Shown: positions 8,616 to 17,192 of the stretch, piece after piece
How positions within the stretch are numbered: the stretch's first letter is position 1
Layout: every line of letters begins with the position of its first letter
NCBI GenBank assembly: GCA_963712745.1
Contig: CAVQJC010000001.1
Location: forward strand, 46,271-110,270
From: an uncultured Chloroflexia bacterium
GTDB lineage: Bacteria > Chloroflexota > Limnocylindria > Limnocylindrales > CSP1-4
DNA length: 64,000 bases
Direction of reading: 5' to 3'
Position numbers and translations under genes: made by a program
The notes under the pieces: generated by a model
Seen by the model: only the letters and a program-made list of their open reading frames with translations
Database searches by the model: none
What the model was told of the DNA's origin: nothing

Positions 8616-9703
8616 GCCGCGCGCTCGAGGGCGAGCTCCACGATGCGCTCGCAGGTCGTGGCGAAGTCGTAGCCACCCTGGGCCGTCATGCGCGGAAACA
8701 GGCTGATGGGCGTGAAGCCCGGCAGCGTGTTGATCTCGCTGATGTAGGGGATGCCGTCGCTCGAGAGAAGCATATCCACGCGCGCGAAACCACTGCCGCC
8801 GATGACCAGGAAGACCTCCACCGCGGAAGCCCGGATGGACTCAGCCAGCTCGGCGTCGAGGTCCGCCCGGTCGGTGACCTCGCTGTCGGAGGACTGGTAC
8901 TTGGCCACGTAGTCGTAGAACTCGCGCCCGGGCCTGATCTCACCGGGGCCATAGGCCACCGCGTCGAGGCGGCTGTTACCCATGACCGCGGTCTCCAGCT
9001 CGCGGGGGTGATCGAGATACGGCTCCACGATCACCAGGTCGTCATAGCGCATGGCCTCGGCCAAGGCGCTCCGCAGCGAGCCGCCGGGCGACACGTCGTG
9101 CACGATGCTGATGCCGATACTCGAGCCCAGGCGGGCCGGCTTGACGATGAGCCGTGGGTCGGCGAAGCCCGAGGCGAACTCGCGCAACCCGTCCTCCACC
9201 GCGCCAGGATCGGCCTCATGCTCCGCCGCTCGCACCTCCGCCCACGGCAGCACCGGCAGTTCGAGCGTCGCCACCACACGCTTGAAGAGCGTCTTGTCCA
9301 TGCCCACGGCCGAGGCCGCGGGGCCCGCGCCGCAGTAGACCAGTCCGGCCGACTCGAGCAGCGACTGCACCTGGCCGTCCTCACCGAAGGGGCCATGCAG
9401 CGCGGGGAACACGACCGGTCGTGGATCGGGCGCCGCGATGGCCTCGAGCGCCCCGGCTGCGCTGAAGGGTCCCTCGGCGCCCAGCGCGCCCGGGTCGCGG
9501 AAGGCCTGCAGCGGCAGCGCCGGATCGAGTGCCGGCTCCGGCAGCCGCCACCACTCGCCGGCCAGCGTGAGCAGCCAGCCGCTCACCTCGTGACCGCGCC
9601 CCGCCAGGGCCGTGGCGATGGCGCGGCCCGAGACGAGCGAGACGTCGTGCTCGGCCGAGGGGCCTCCCAGCAGGACGGCGATGGCGGTGGGAGCCAGGGT
9701 CAT
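8573..9703 (-). CDS. ddl: D-alanine--D-alanine ligase
   Basis: IAVLLGGPSAEHDVSLVSG, LHGPFGEDGQVQSLLE, KPARLGSSIGISIV, EINTLPGFTPISLFPRM. Confidence 0.93.
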   Translation of the reverse strand: MTLAPTAIAVLLGGPSAEHDVSLVSGRAIATALAGRGHEVSGWLLTLAGEWWRLPEPALDPALPLQAFRDPGALGAEGPFSAAGALEAIAAPDPRPVVFPALHGPFGEDGQVQSLLESAGLVYCGAGPAASAVGMDKTLFKRVVATLELPVLPWAEVRAAEHEADPGAVEDGLREFASGFADPRLIVKPARLGSSIGISIVHDVSPGGSLRSALAEAMRYDDLVIVEPYLDHPRELETAVMGNSRLDAVAYGPGEIRPGREFYDYVAKYQSSDSEVTDRADLDAELAESIRASAVEVFLVIGGSGFARVDMLLSSDGIPYISEINTLPGFTPISLFPRMTAQGGYDFATTCERIVELALERAAWAPDHRLEPDDLP

Positions 9704-9734
9704 GTGGCGGTCCCGCTGCAGCGCTCGATGGTGG

Positions 9735-10694
9735 TCATGTCCCCTCCTCTGCGTCCCAGTCGCCCACGAACTCGACCTCGTAGGCCAGCTCGACGCCGCG
9801 CTCGCGGAGCACCGTCTCGCGCACGATCTCGGCCAGTCTGCGAACGTCGGCGGCCGTGGCGCCGCCGCTGTTGACGATGAAGTTGGCGTGCTTGGGGCTC
9901 ACCACCGCGCCGCCGAGGCGCCGGTCCTTGAGGCCCAGCTCGTCGATGATGCGCCCGGCCGAGTCCCCCTCGGGGTTGCGGAACACGCTGCCGGCCGACT
10001 TCTGGCCGATGGGCTGGTGGTCCTGTCGCCAGCGCCGGATGTCGTCGAGCCGTTCGGCGATGGTAGCGGAGTCGGCGGGCTCGAGCGCGAAGGTAGCCTG
10101 CAGCACGACGTCGGGCCGGCCGGGTGCGCTGTGCTTGAGGCGGCTCTCGCGATAGGCCATGCCCAGATCGTCCGGCCCCAGCGCCCGCTCCGCGCCCTCA
10201 GCGTCCACCACGACAGCCTCGAGCAGCACTCCCTGCACGTCGGACCCGTGAGCGCCGGCGTTGGCCCACACGGCGCCGCCGACGGTCCCCGGGATGGCCA
10301 GCCCGAACTCGAGCCCGGATAGTCCGGCCGACTTGCTGGCGGTGGCCGCCTTGGCCATGGGCAGGCCGGCCTCGGCCACCAGGCGTTCGCCCTCCAGACG
10401 ATGCCCGGCTGCGCGCACGAGCACGACCAGGCCGCCGATGCCGCGGTCGCTGATGACGAGGTCGGAGCCACGGCCGATGAGGAAGAGCGGGATGTCCCGC
10501 GCACGGGCGAAACGCACCAGCCCGCGCAGCTCGAACAGGTTGCGCACTTCCGCGAAGAGGTCGGCCGGGCCGCCCACGCGCATGGTCGAGAAACGTTCGA
10601 GTGGCTCGTCACGCGTGGTTTTGATTCCCAGCCGGCGCTGGATATCGCCACCCAGCCGGGTCTGCTGGTCCGGGGTCAGGCGTGACGCGCTCAC
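9735..10694 (-). CDS. murB: UDP-N-acetylenolpyruvoylglucosamine reductase
   Basis: FSTMRVGGPADLF, IGRGSDLVISD, GLEFGLAIPGTVGGAVWANAGAHG, SAGSVFRNP, VSPKHANFIVN. Confidence 0.93.
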   Translation of the reverse strand: MSASRLTPDQQTRLGGDIQRRLGIKTTRDEPLERFSTMRVGGPADLFAEVRNLFELRGLVRFARARDIPLFLIGRGSDLVISDRGIGGLVVLVRAAGHRLEGERLVAEAGLPMAKAATASKSAGLSGLEFGLAIPGTVGGAVWANAGAHGSDVQGVLLEAVVVDAEGAERALGPDDLGMAYRESRLKHSAPGRPDVVLQATFALEPADSATIAERLDDIRRWRQDHQPIGQKSAGSVFRNPEGDSAGRIIDELGLKDRRLGGAVVSPKHANFIVNSGGATAADVRRLAEIVRETVLRERGVELAYEVEFVGDWDAEEGT

Positions 10695-11845
10695 GATGCC
10701 GGCCGGATGAGCTCGTCCAGCTCCTCCTGCGCGGGCAGCGGCTCCCGCCGGGCCAGGCGCACGAGCAGTTCCGCGCTGGCGGCCGCGGCCCCGGGGCGGC
10801 CGACCGAGCGGGCGGCCGCCGACATGGCTGCCAGCCGTCCCTCGTCGTAGAGCAGGTCGCAGGCAGCACGCAGCGTGTCGCCGTCGAGCTCCTCGTCGTC
10901 GACCAGGGCGGCCGCACCGACGCCCACCATCTCGGCCGCGTTGGCCCGCTGGTGGGCGGCCGCATGCGGGTAGGGCACGACCATCATGGGCACGCCGGCC
11001 GCGGCCGTCTCGCCCAGGGTCGAGGAGCCGGCACGACCGACCACCAGCTGCGACGCGGCCAGGGCAGCATCCATGTCGTCGGCCAGGAACGAGTAGGGCC
11101 GGTAGCGCTCGAGGCGCTCCCGGGGCAGCTCCGAGCGGATCTGCCCGGCGGCCGCGATCCCGCCGCTGCCGGTGATATGCACGACCGTACAGCGCTCGAC
11201 GAGATCGGCGATGGCCTCGGCCACCGCCTCGTTGAGCCGCTTGACTTCCTGGGAGCCGCCGAAGACGAGCATGACCGGTACATCGAGCGGCAGTCCCAGC
11301 CGAGCCCGGCCTGCGGCACGATCGAGGCCGCCAAGCCCACGGATGGGCGTGCCCGTGACGAAGACCGGGGCCGGCAGCCGCTTGCTCGTGACCGGGAAGG
11401 TCACGCTACGGGCAGTGGCCAGGCGTGCCGAGAGGCGCACGCTACGCCCGGGGATGGCGTTGCCCTCCCAGATGAGTGAGGGGATGCGCAGGAGCGCCGC
11501 TGCCGCCAGCACCGGGATGGCCACATAGCCGCCGGTGGTGTAGATGACGGCCGGACGCCAGCGCCTGAGCCGGGCGAGGGCCTGGGGCACGGAGGCGGCC
11601 AGCCGCAGTGGGTCGAGGATGGTGTCGAGGGAGGCGTCCACCGTGCGCAGGGAGCGCAGTCGGAGACGATCGAACTCGAGTCCCGCGGCGGGCACGATGT
11701 CGCCCTCCAGGCCTCGGCGGCCGCCGAGCCAGCGCAGCTCCAGCTCAGGCAGGCGGTTCTGCAGCTGGGTCACGACGGCCAGGGCGGGGTAGATGTGGCC
11801 GCCCGTGCCCCCGGCTGCGATGAGGATCCTCATGCGCGCTGGCAC
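10691..11845 (-). CDS. murG: Undecaprenyldiphospho-muramoylpentapeptide beta-N-acetylglucosaminyltransferase
   Basis: ILIAAGGTGGHIYPALAV, GGYVAIPV, VFGGSQEVKRLN, GRAGSSTLGETAAAGVPMMVVPYPHAAAHQRANA. Confidence 0.93.
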   Translation of the reverse strand: MPARMRILIAAGGTGGHIYPALAVVTQLQNRLPELELRWLGGRRGLEGDIVPAAGLEFDRLRLRSLRTVDASLDTILDPLRLAASVPQALARLRRWRPAVIYTTGGYVAIPVLAAAALLRIPSLIWEGNAIPGRSVRLSARLATARSVTFPVTSKRLPAPVFVTGTPIRGLGGLDRAAGRARLGLPLDVPVMLVFGGSQEVKRLNEAVAEAIADLVERCTVVHITGSGGIAAAGQIRSELPRERLERYRPYSFLADDMDAALAASQLVVGRAGSSTLGETAAAGVPMMVVPYPHAAAHQRANAAEMVGVGAAALVDDEELDGDTLRAACDLLYDEGRLAAMSAAARSVGRPGAAAASAELLVRLARREPLPAQEELDELIRPAS

Positions 11846-13244
11846 CTCGGGTTTCGGTCTCTCGGGAGATGGACAGAAGGATACCTACGGCGGCCAGAAC
11901 GACCACCAGCGAGGTGCCGCCATCGCTGAGGAACGGCAGGGGCATGCCGGTCAGCGGCAGGAGGTTGACGACCACGCCGATGTTGATGAAGGCCTGGAAC
12001 GTGAGCCAGCCGGTGATGCCGAGTGCGAGCAGCCCGCCGAAGGTGTCGGGCGCGTGCATGGCCACGCGGATGCCCCGCCAGGCCAGCAGCAGGAAGAGCG
12101 CGATGACGGTGAAACCGCCGATGAAGCCGAACTCCTGTCCGACCACGGCGAAGATGAAGTCGTTCTCCGCCGCGGGCAGTCTCAGCCCGTTGGGTTGCTG
12201 GCTGACGCCGAGGCCCTGACCGGTGACGCCGCCCAGAGCCAGCGCGTACAGCCCGTGGACCGTCTGGAAGCCATCGCCGGCGGGATCGCTGAACGGGTCG
12301 AGGAAGGTCTCCACCCGAGCGAGCATGTACGGCTTCGCCTGGACCACCGCGGCCACGCCGGCAAGCGCGACCGGCACCATCAGCAGCAGTTGCAGGACGC
12401 TGCCTCCGGCCACGAAGAACATGGTGAAGGTCGTGAGCACGACCACGCCGGTGGTACCCAGGTCGGGCTCCATCAGCATGAGTCCGGCGAACACCGCCAC
12501 CATCAGGCTGAAGGGCACGAGCCCGCCCCGGAAGCTGCCTACGCTCTTGCCGCGCGAGGTCAGCCAATGGGCCATGAAGATGACGATGGCGAGCTTGGCC
12601 ACCTCCGTCGGCTGGAACCTGGGCAGCCCGCCGATCTCGAGCCAGCGGGTGGCCCCGTTGACGGTGACGGGCTTGAGCAGCGGCGGGATGCTGGGCCCGA
12701 TGACGAGCAGGAGCAGGACCACGGCCACGACGATGCCCAGCACCGAGAACGAACGCCAGTAGCGGTAGTCGATGCGCATGACGACGAGCAGGACGATGCC
12801 GCCCAGGAGACCCCAGCCCAACTGCGTCGTGACCGCGTCGAAGACGCTGCCGTCGATGGCCGACTTCACGCCCAGGCTGGAGTAGACCATGAGGATGCCG
12901 ATGGCCGCCAGCGCCACGGCGGCCGCCATGAGCAGGTAGTCGGGGTCGTGGCGCACGCGCTGGGGGCCCTCGACCACGCGCCCGGCGGTACGGTCGCGCG
13001 CCACCTCACGGGAGGCATGGCCGGCGGTGCGGACGCCACCGCGCGGGATCGACCGGGTCAGCGACTCGGCTGCGCTGGCGCGCAGGGTGATGGGACGTCG
13101 GCCGCGGTTGGCCTCGCGCCGTGAGAACGACTCCGTCGCCTGCGATCGCAGGCTCGTCCTGCGGCCCTTGCGTGGCCGGAACGCGCTGGGCGCGACCTCG
13201 CGCCGACGGTCGTCGTCCTCCCAGGGAAAGCGGAGGGCTTCCAT
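11745..13244 (-). CDS. ftsW: Peptidoglycan glycosyltransferase FtsW (SEDS family) with an Arg-rich ~100-aa N-terminal extension
   Basis: Multi-TM SEDS motifs FQPTEVAKLAIVIF, PDLGTT, AENDFIFAVVGQEFGFIGG, GMPLPFLSDGGTSL. The ATG shares one base with the murD stop (TGATG), which supports the long start. Confidence 0.9.
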   Translation of the reverse strand: MEALRFPWEDDDRRREVAPSAFRPRKGRRTSLRSQATESFSRREANRGRRPITLRASAAESLTRSIPRGGVRTAGHASREVARDRTAGRVVEGPQRVRHDPDYLLMAAAVALAAIGILMVYSSLGVKSAIDGSVFDAVTTQLGWGLLGGIVLLVVMRIDYRYWRSFSVLGIVVAVVLLLLVIGPSIPPLLKPVTVNGATRWLEIGGLPRFQPTEVAKLAIVIFMAHWLTSRGKSVGSFRGGLVPFSLMVAVFAGLMLMEPDLGTTGVVVLTTFTMFFVAGGSVLQLLLMVPVALAGVAAVVQAKPYMLARVETFLDPFSDPAGDGFQTVHGLYALALGGVTGQGLGVSQQPNGLRLPAAENDFIFAVVGQEFGFIGGFTVIALFLLLAWRGIRVAMHAPDTFGGLLALGITGWLTFQAFINIGVVVNLLPLTGMPLPFLSDGGTSLVVVLAAVGILLSISRETETRGASAHEDPHRSRGHGRPHLPRPGRRDPAAEPPA

Positions 13245-14713
13245 CAGCGGTCCACCTTCGGGCCGGCGATGGCGGCCACGGCGGCCTTGAAGGCGGCGCC
13301 GCGCGCCTCATAGTCGCGGAACATGTCGAAGGAGGCAGCCGCAGGGCTAAGCAGGACCGTGGCCGGCGTGCGCTCGCGGGCGATGACGGTGGCGGCTGCG
13401 ACCGCGTCTTCCAGGCTGGCCGCTCGCTCGATGCGATGGAGCCCGGCCCGGGCGAAGGCATCGGCCAGCTCATCGGCCGTCTCGCCCATGAGCACGGCCG
13501 CACTCACGCGCTCGGCCACGGCCTCCGCCAGCGCGACGACCGGCACACCCTTGGAGCGCCCGCCGGCGATGAGCACGAGCGGCTGCTCGAAGGCCCGCAC
13601 GGCCGCGATGACGGCGTCTGGCTGCGTGCCCTGTGAGTCATTGATGTAGGTCACGCCGGCGAACTCGGCCACCCGCTCCAACCGGTGCTCTACGCCCGCG
13701 AATCCCCGCACGGCATCGGCGATGGCCCGCGGGGACACGCCGTGCAGCAGCCCCACCGCGGTCGCGGCCAGGACGTTGGAGACGTTGTGCCCGCCCGGCA
13801 GCGGGATCTCGGCGAGCGGCAGGATGCGCGGGTCTCGCCCGGCCGGGACGAGATCGGTGGCAGCCACGATCCAGCCGTCAGCGACCCCCACGCTGGAGGG
13901 CACCGGTGGGCTCTGCGCGTAGCTGACCGTGCCAGCGCCGGCCGGAGGTCGATACGTGGAGACTACCGGGTCGTCGTCATTGCGCACGAGCGTGCCGCGC
14001 GCCGGCAGCAGGTCGGCCAGGCGCCGCTTGACCGCCTGGTACGCCTCGAGACTGCCGTGGCGGTCGAGATGGTCGGAAGTGACGTGGGTGTAGACCGCGA
14101 TGTCCGTGCCTCGGGAAAGGGTGGGCAGTTGCAGCTCGGAGAGCTCGAGCACGACGCGATGGGCGGGCGTGAGCTCTGGCAGCCGCTCGATGAGCGGGAC
14201 GCCGATGTTGCCCCCCAGGACGGTCGGCGCCTCGCCTGTGGCCAGCACCGCCGCGGTCAACGAACTGGTGGTGGTCTTGCCCTTGGTGCCGGTGACGCCG
14301 ATGGTTGCCGCCGGACTCAGGCGCAGGAAGAGGTCGACCTCGCTGAGGACAGGCGTGGCGCCGGTGGCCTCCACCTCCGCCAGTGCCGCCCGCAGCCGCG
14401 GCTCCGTCGTGGGGTAGCGGCTGCTGACCGAGGGGGAGGTGCAGACCAGGGCCTGGCCTTCGAGAGCCGCTCGCGGATCCACCTGAGGTCCCAGCAGCAG
14501 GCGTGGCCGGCGCTCGCCCAGGGCCTCGATGGCGGCGGCCAGCTCCTCGGCCGGTCGGCCGTCGTAGACGGTCACATGGGCACCATGGTCGGACAGGAAT
14601 CGCGTGAGCGCGATGCCGCTGCGGGCCAGGCCCAGCACGGCCACCGGCCGGCCACGGAAGGAGCCAAGGCGGAGGGCCCCCAGGTCGATGGCAGACGCCG
14701 GCGGGTTCGCCAT
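13244..14713 (-). CDS. murD: UDP-N-acetylmuramoylalanine--D-glutamate ligase
   Basis: VAVLGLARSGIALTRFL, GVTGTKGKTTTSSL, GGNIGVPL, INDSQGTQPDAV. The internal ATG at 14713 (MANPPASA) lies 5 nt after the alternate-frame mraY stop. The ORF track merges it into an 821-aa ORF. Confidence 0.9.
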   Translation of the reverse strand: MANPPASAIDLGALRLGSFRGRPVAVLGLARSGIALTRFLSDHGAHVTVYDGRPAEELAAAIEALGERRPRLLLGPQVDPRAALEGQALVCTSPSVSSRYPTTEPRLRAALAEVEATGATPVLSEVDLFLRLSPAATIGVTGTKGKTTTSSLTAAVLATGEAPTVLGGNIGVPLIERLPELTPAHRVVLELSELQLPTLSRGTDIAVYTHVTSDHLDRHGSLEAYQAVKRRLADLLPARGTLVRNDDDPVVSTYRPPAGAGTVSYAQSPPVPSSVGVADGWIVAATDLVPAGRDPRILPLAEIPLPGGHNVSNVLAATAVGLLHGVSPRAIADAVRGFAGVEHRLERVAEFAGVTYINDSQGTQPDAVIAAVRAFEQPLVLIAGGRSKGVPVVALAEAVAERVSAAVLMGETADELADAFARAGLHRIERAASLEDAVAAATVIARERTPATVLLSPAAASFDMFRDYEARGAAFKAAVAAIAGPKVDR

Positions 14714-14718
14714 GAGGG

Positions 14719-15709
14719 TCAATTGAGCAGTCCGGCGGTGGCCATGTAGAAGGCCACACCGACCAGCGCCGCCAGCGCGCCAACGATCCAGAAGCGAAGG
14801 GTCGATCTTCTCCTCATCCCAGCCGGTCAGCTCGAAGTGGTGATGCAGGGGCGACATCTTGAAGAGCCGCTTGCCCCGCAGCTTGACCGAGGCCACCTGC
14901 AGGATGACCGAGCCGGTCTCGAGCACGAAGACGATGCCGATGAGCGGCAGCAGCAGGACCTGGCCGGTGATGACGGCGGTGACCGCCAGCGTGGCCCCGA
15001 GGGCCAGCGAGCCGGAGTCGCCCATGAAGATCTGGGCGGGATGGACGTTGAACCAGAGGAACGCGAGGAGGGCCCCCACGATGAGGGCGCACAGGACTGC
15101 CAGGTTGATGGTGCCGAAGGTGAAGGCGATGACCATGTAGCCGATGAAGGCGAAGATCAGCGTGCCTCCGGCCAGGCCGTCGAGGCCGTCGGTGATGTTG
15201 ACCGCGTTGCTGGTGGCCACGATGGCGAAGGCGGCGATGAGGATGAAGGCGATGGGGTGGATGCCGACGGCGCCGATGAAGGGCACGGCCAGCTGGTCGA
15301 TCTGGTAGGTGTCCTGGATCTGCCACGCGGCCACGCCCGCCACGACCGTCTGCCACAGCAGCTTCTGGACGGCGCTGATGCCATCGCCGGTGCGGGCGTT
15401 GAGCCAGTCGTCGGCGGTGCCCAGGATGCCCACCAAGGCCAGCGTGGCCATGGGTGCGAAGGTGTTGGCGTCCACGAACCCTTCGCCCAGCAGCTCCATC
15501 AGCAGGGCCACGCCGAGCACCACGCTCACGATGAGCAATCCACCCATGGTGGGTGTGCCTTCCTTGACGTAGTGCGTCTCCGGCCCCTCCAGCCGGATGC
15601 GCTTGCCCATGCCGATGCGCTTGAGCAAGCGGATGAAGGCCGGCATCAGCACGACCAGCACGGCGAACGCCAGCAGGATGGCCTGGACGATGGTGTCGCC
15701 GCCACTCAT
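14719..15709 (-). CDS. mraY: Phospho-N-acetylmuramoyl-pentapeptide transferase MraY, reading frame broken near 14800-14806
   Basis: GTPTMGGLLI, NAVNITDGLDGLAGG, FMGDSGSLALG, SPLHHHFELTGW. The canonical last helix TLRFWIVGALAALVGVAFYMATAGLLN plus TGA (14719-14721) is encoded in a different frame from the preceding ...GWDEEKI. Confidence 0.85.
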
Positions 15710-17151
15710 GAGCGGGCGTCGCCGGCTTCGGCCACGAGTACGAGGCGGTCGACGAGTAGGTCGAGCTCGGCTCCGCGAGAGGCCTTGACCAGCACCGCGT
15801 CGCCGTCGCGCAGCTCGGCCAGCAGGGCCGACAACGCCTCGTCGCGGTCGGCCGCGACGCGGATGTGCGACGCATCCATGCCGCGCGCCGCGGCGCCGTC
15901 TGCGATGCCGCGCGCTCCTTCACCCACCACCACCAGCCGGTCGGCCACCTCCGCCGCGTGCTCTCCGACTCGAACGTGCTCGGCCGCGGCGCTCCCGCCC
16001 AGCTCGAGCATCTCGCCGAGCACGGCGATACGCCGCCCCGGCAGCTCTGCGAGGAGGCCCAGAGCTGCCAGGACAGCGTCGGGAGATGCGTTGTAGGAAT
16101 CATCGAGGATAGTCCAGGCACCGGCCCGAACCAGCTGCGAGCGGTGAGGCATCACGAGAGGCTTGGCCAGGCCGGGCACGACCTTGTCGATGTCCATGCC
16201 CGCACAGTGGGCCACGGCGGCCGCTGCCAGCGCGTTGTGGACGCCGTGTCGGCCCAGCACAGGCGTGCGGACGGCTCGGGTCCCGGCCGGAGTGTGGAGC
16301 GTGAAGCGCATGCCCGCGGTCCCCAGCGAAACGACCTCGGAGGCGCGCACGTCGGCATCGGCGTCGAACCCGTAGCTCAGGACGCCGGCCCGGGTATGGC
16401 TGGCCATGGCTGCCACTCGTGGGTCGTCGGCGTTAAGGATGGCCCAGCCGTGGGCCGGGAGCGCTTCCACAAGCTCGCGCTTGCCGGCTTCGATGGCCTC
16501 GATGGAGCCGGCACGAGATAGATGCACGCCACGCACGGCCGTGACCACGCCGATCTGCGGCCGCGCCAGTCGCGCCAGGAGGGCGATCTCGCCGGTGGTG
16601 TAGAGGCCCATCTCCAGGACCGCCAGCTCATGCTCGGGCCGCAGCCGGAGTAGGGTCATGGGCAGCCCGATCTCATTGTTCCAGTTGGCCGGATTCCGCA
16701 GGACCGTGAAGGCCTCCTCGAGCACCTCGGCCACCTGCTCCTTGGTCGACGTCTTGGCCAGCGAGCCGGTGATGCCCACCACGAGCGGGTCGAAACGGTC
16801 GCGGTAGCTCCCGGCCACGCTCCGCAGCGCGACGGCAGCGTCGGCCACACGCACGACCGTGACCGGGCCCGCGGCCGTCAGCGACTCCAGGCGCCCTTGC
16901 GCAAGATCCCGGGTCACGACCAGGCCGCGCGCGCCCGCTTCCACCGCCGCTTCGAGGTGGCGGTGCCCGTCCGTGCGCTCGCCCGGCAGAGCGAAGAAGA
17001 TGTTGCCCTCGACCACCAGGCGCGAGTCCACCGCGCCACCGTGCATGGGCCTGCTCCCCGCGCGGACCAGATCGCCCTTCGCGGCGGCGGCCAGTCCCGG
17101 GGCATCGAATCTCGTCGCGGCGTCGGTCATCGACGCCGCGTTCGCTGGCAT
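15706..17151 (-). CDS. murF: UDP-N-acetylmuramoyl-tripeptide--D-alanyl-D-alanine ligase
   Basis: DSRLVVEGNIFFALPGERTDGHRHLEAAVEAGA, GITGSLAKTSTKE, NWNNEIGLPMTLL, DDSYNASPDAV, LGEMLELG. The ATG at 17151 is chosen. The 756-aa ORF upstream part is the out-of-frame ftsI 3' end. Confidence 0.9.
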   Translation of the reverse strand: MPANAASMTDAATRFDAPGLAAAAKGDLVRAGSRPMHGGAVDSRLVVEGNIFFALPGERTDGHRHLEAAVEAGARGLVVTRDLAQGRLESLTAAGPVTVVRVADAAVALRSVAGSYRDRFDPLVVGITGSLAKTSTKEQVAEVLEEAFTVLRNPANWNNEIGLPMTLLRLRPEHELAVLEMGLYTTGEIALLARLARPQIGVVTAVRGVHLSRAGSIEAIEAGKRELVEALPAHGWAILNADDPRVAAMASHTRAGVLSYGFDADADVRASEVVSLGTAGMRFTLHTPAGTRAVRTPVLGRHGVHNALAAAAVAHCAGMDIDKVVPGLAKPLVMPHRSQLVRAGAWTILDDSYNASPDAVLAALGLLAELPGRRIAVLGEMLELGGSAAAEHVRVGEHAAEVADRLVVVGEGARGIADGAAARGMDASHIRVAADRDEALSALLAELRDGDAVLVKASRGAELDLLVDRLVLVAEAGDARS

Positions 17152-17192
17152 GTGCTTCGGCCCTTCACCCACGGAGGCCCATCCTGACACAG

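Noticed and set aside
13244-15709. An 821-aa ORF that looks like a natural bifunctional MraY-MurD fusion protein
   Set aside because: The MraY terminal helix and its own stop codon are intact in another frame. murD has its own ATG 5 nt after that stop. A single-base indel is the simpler explanation (see finding).
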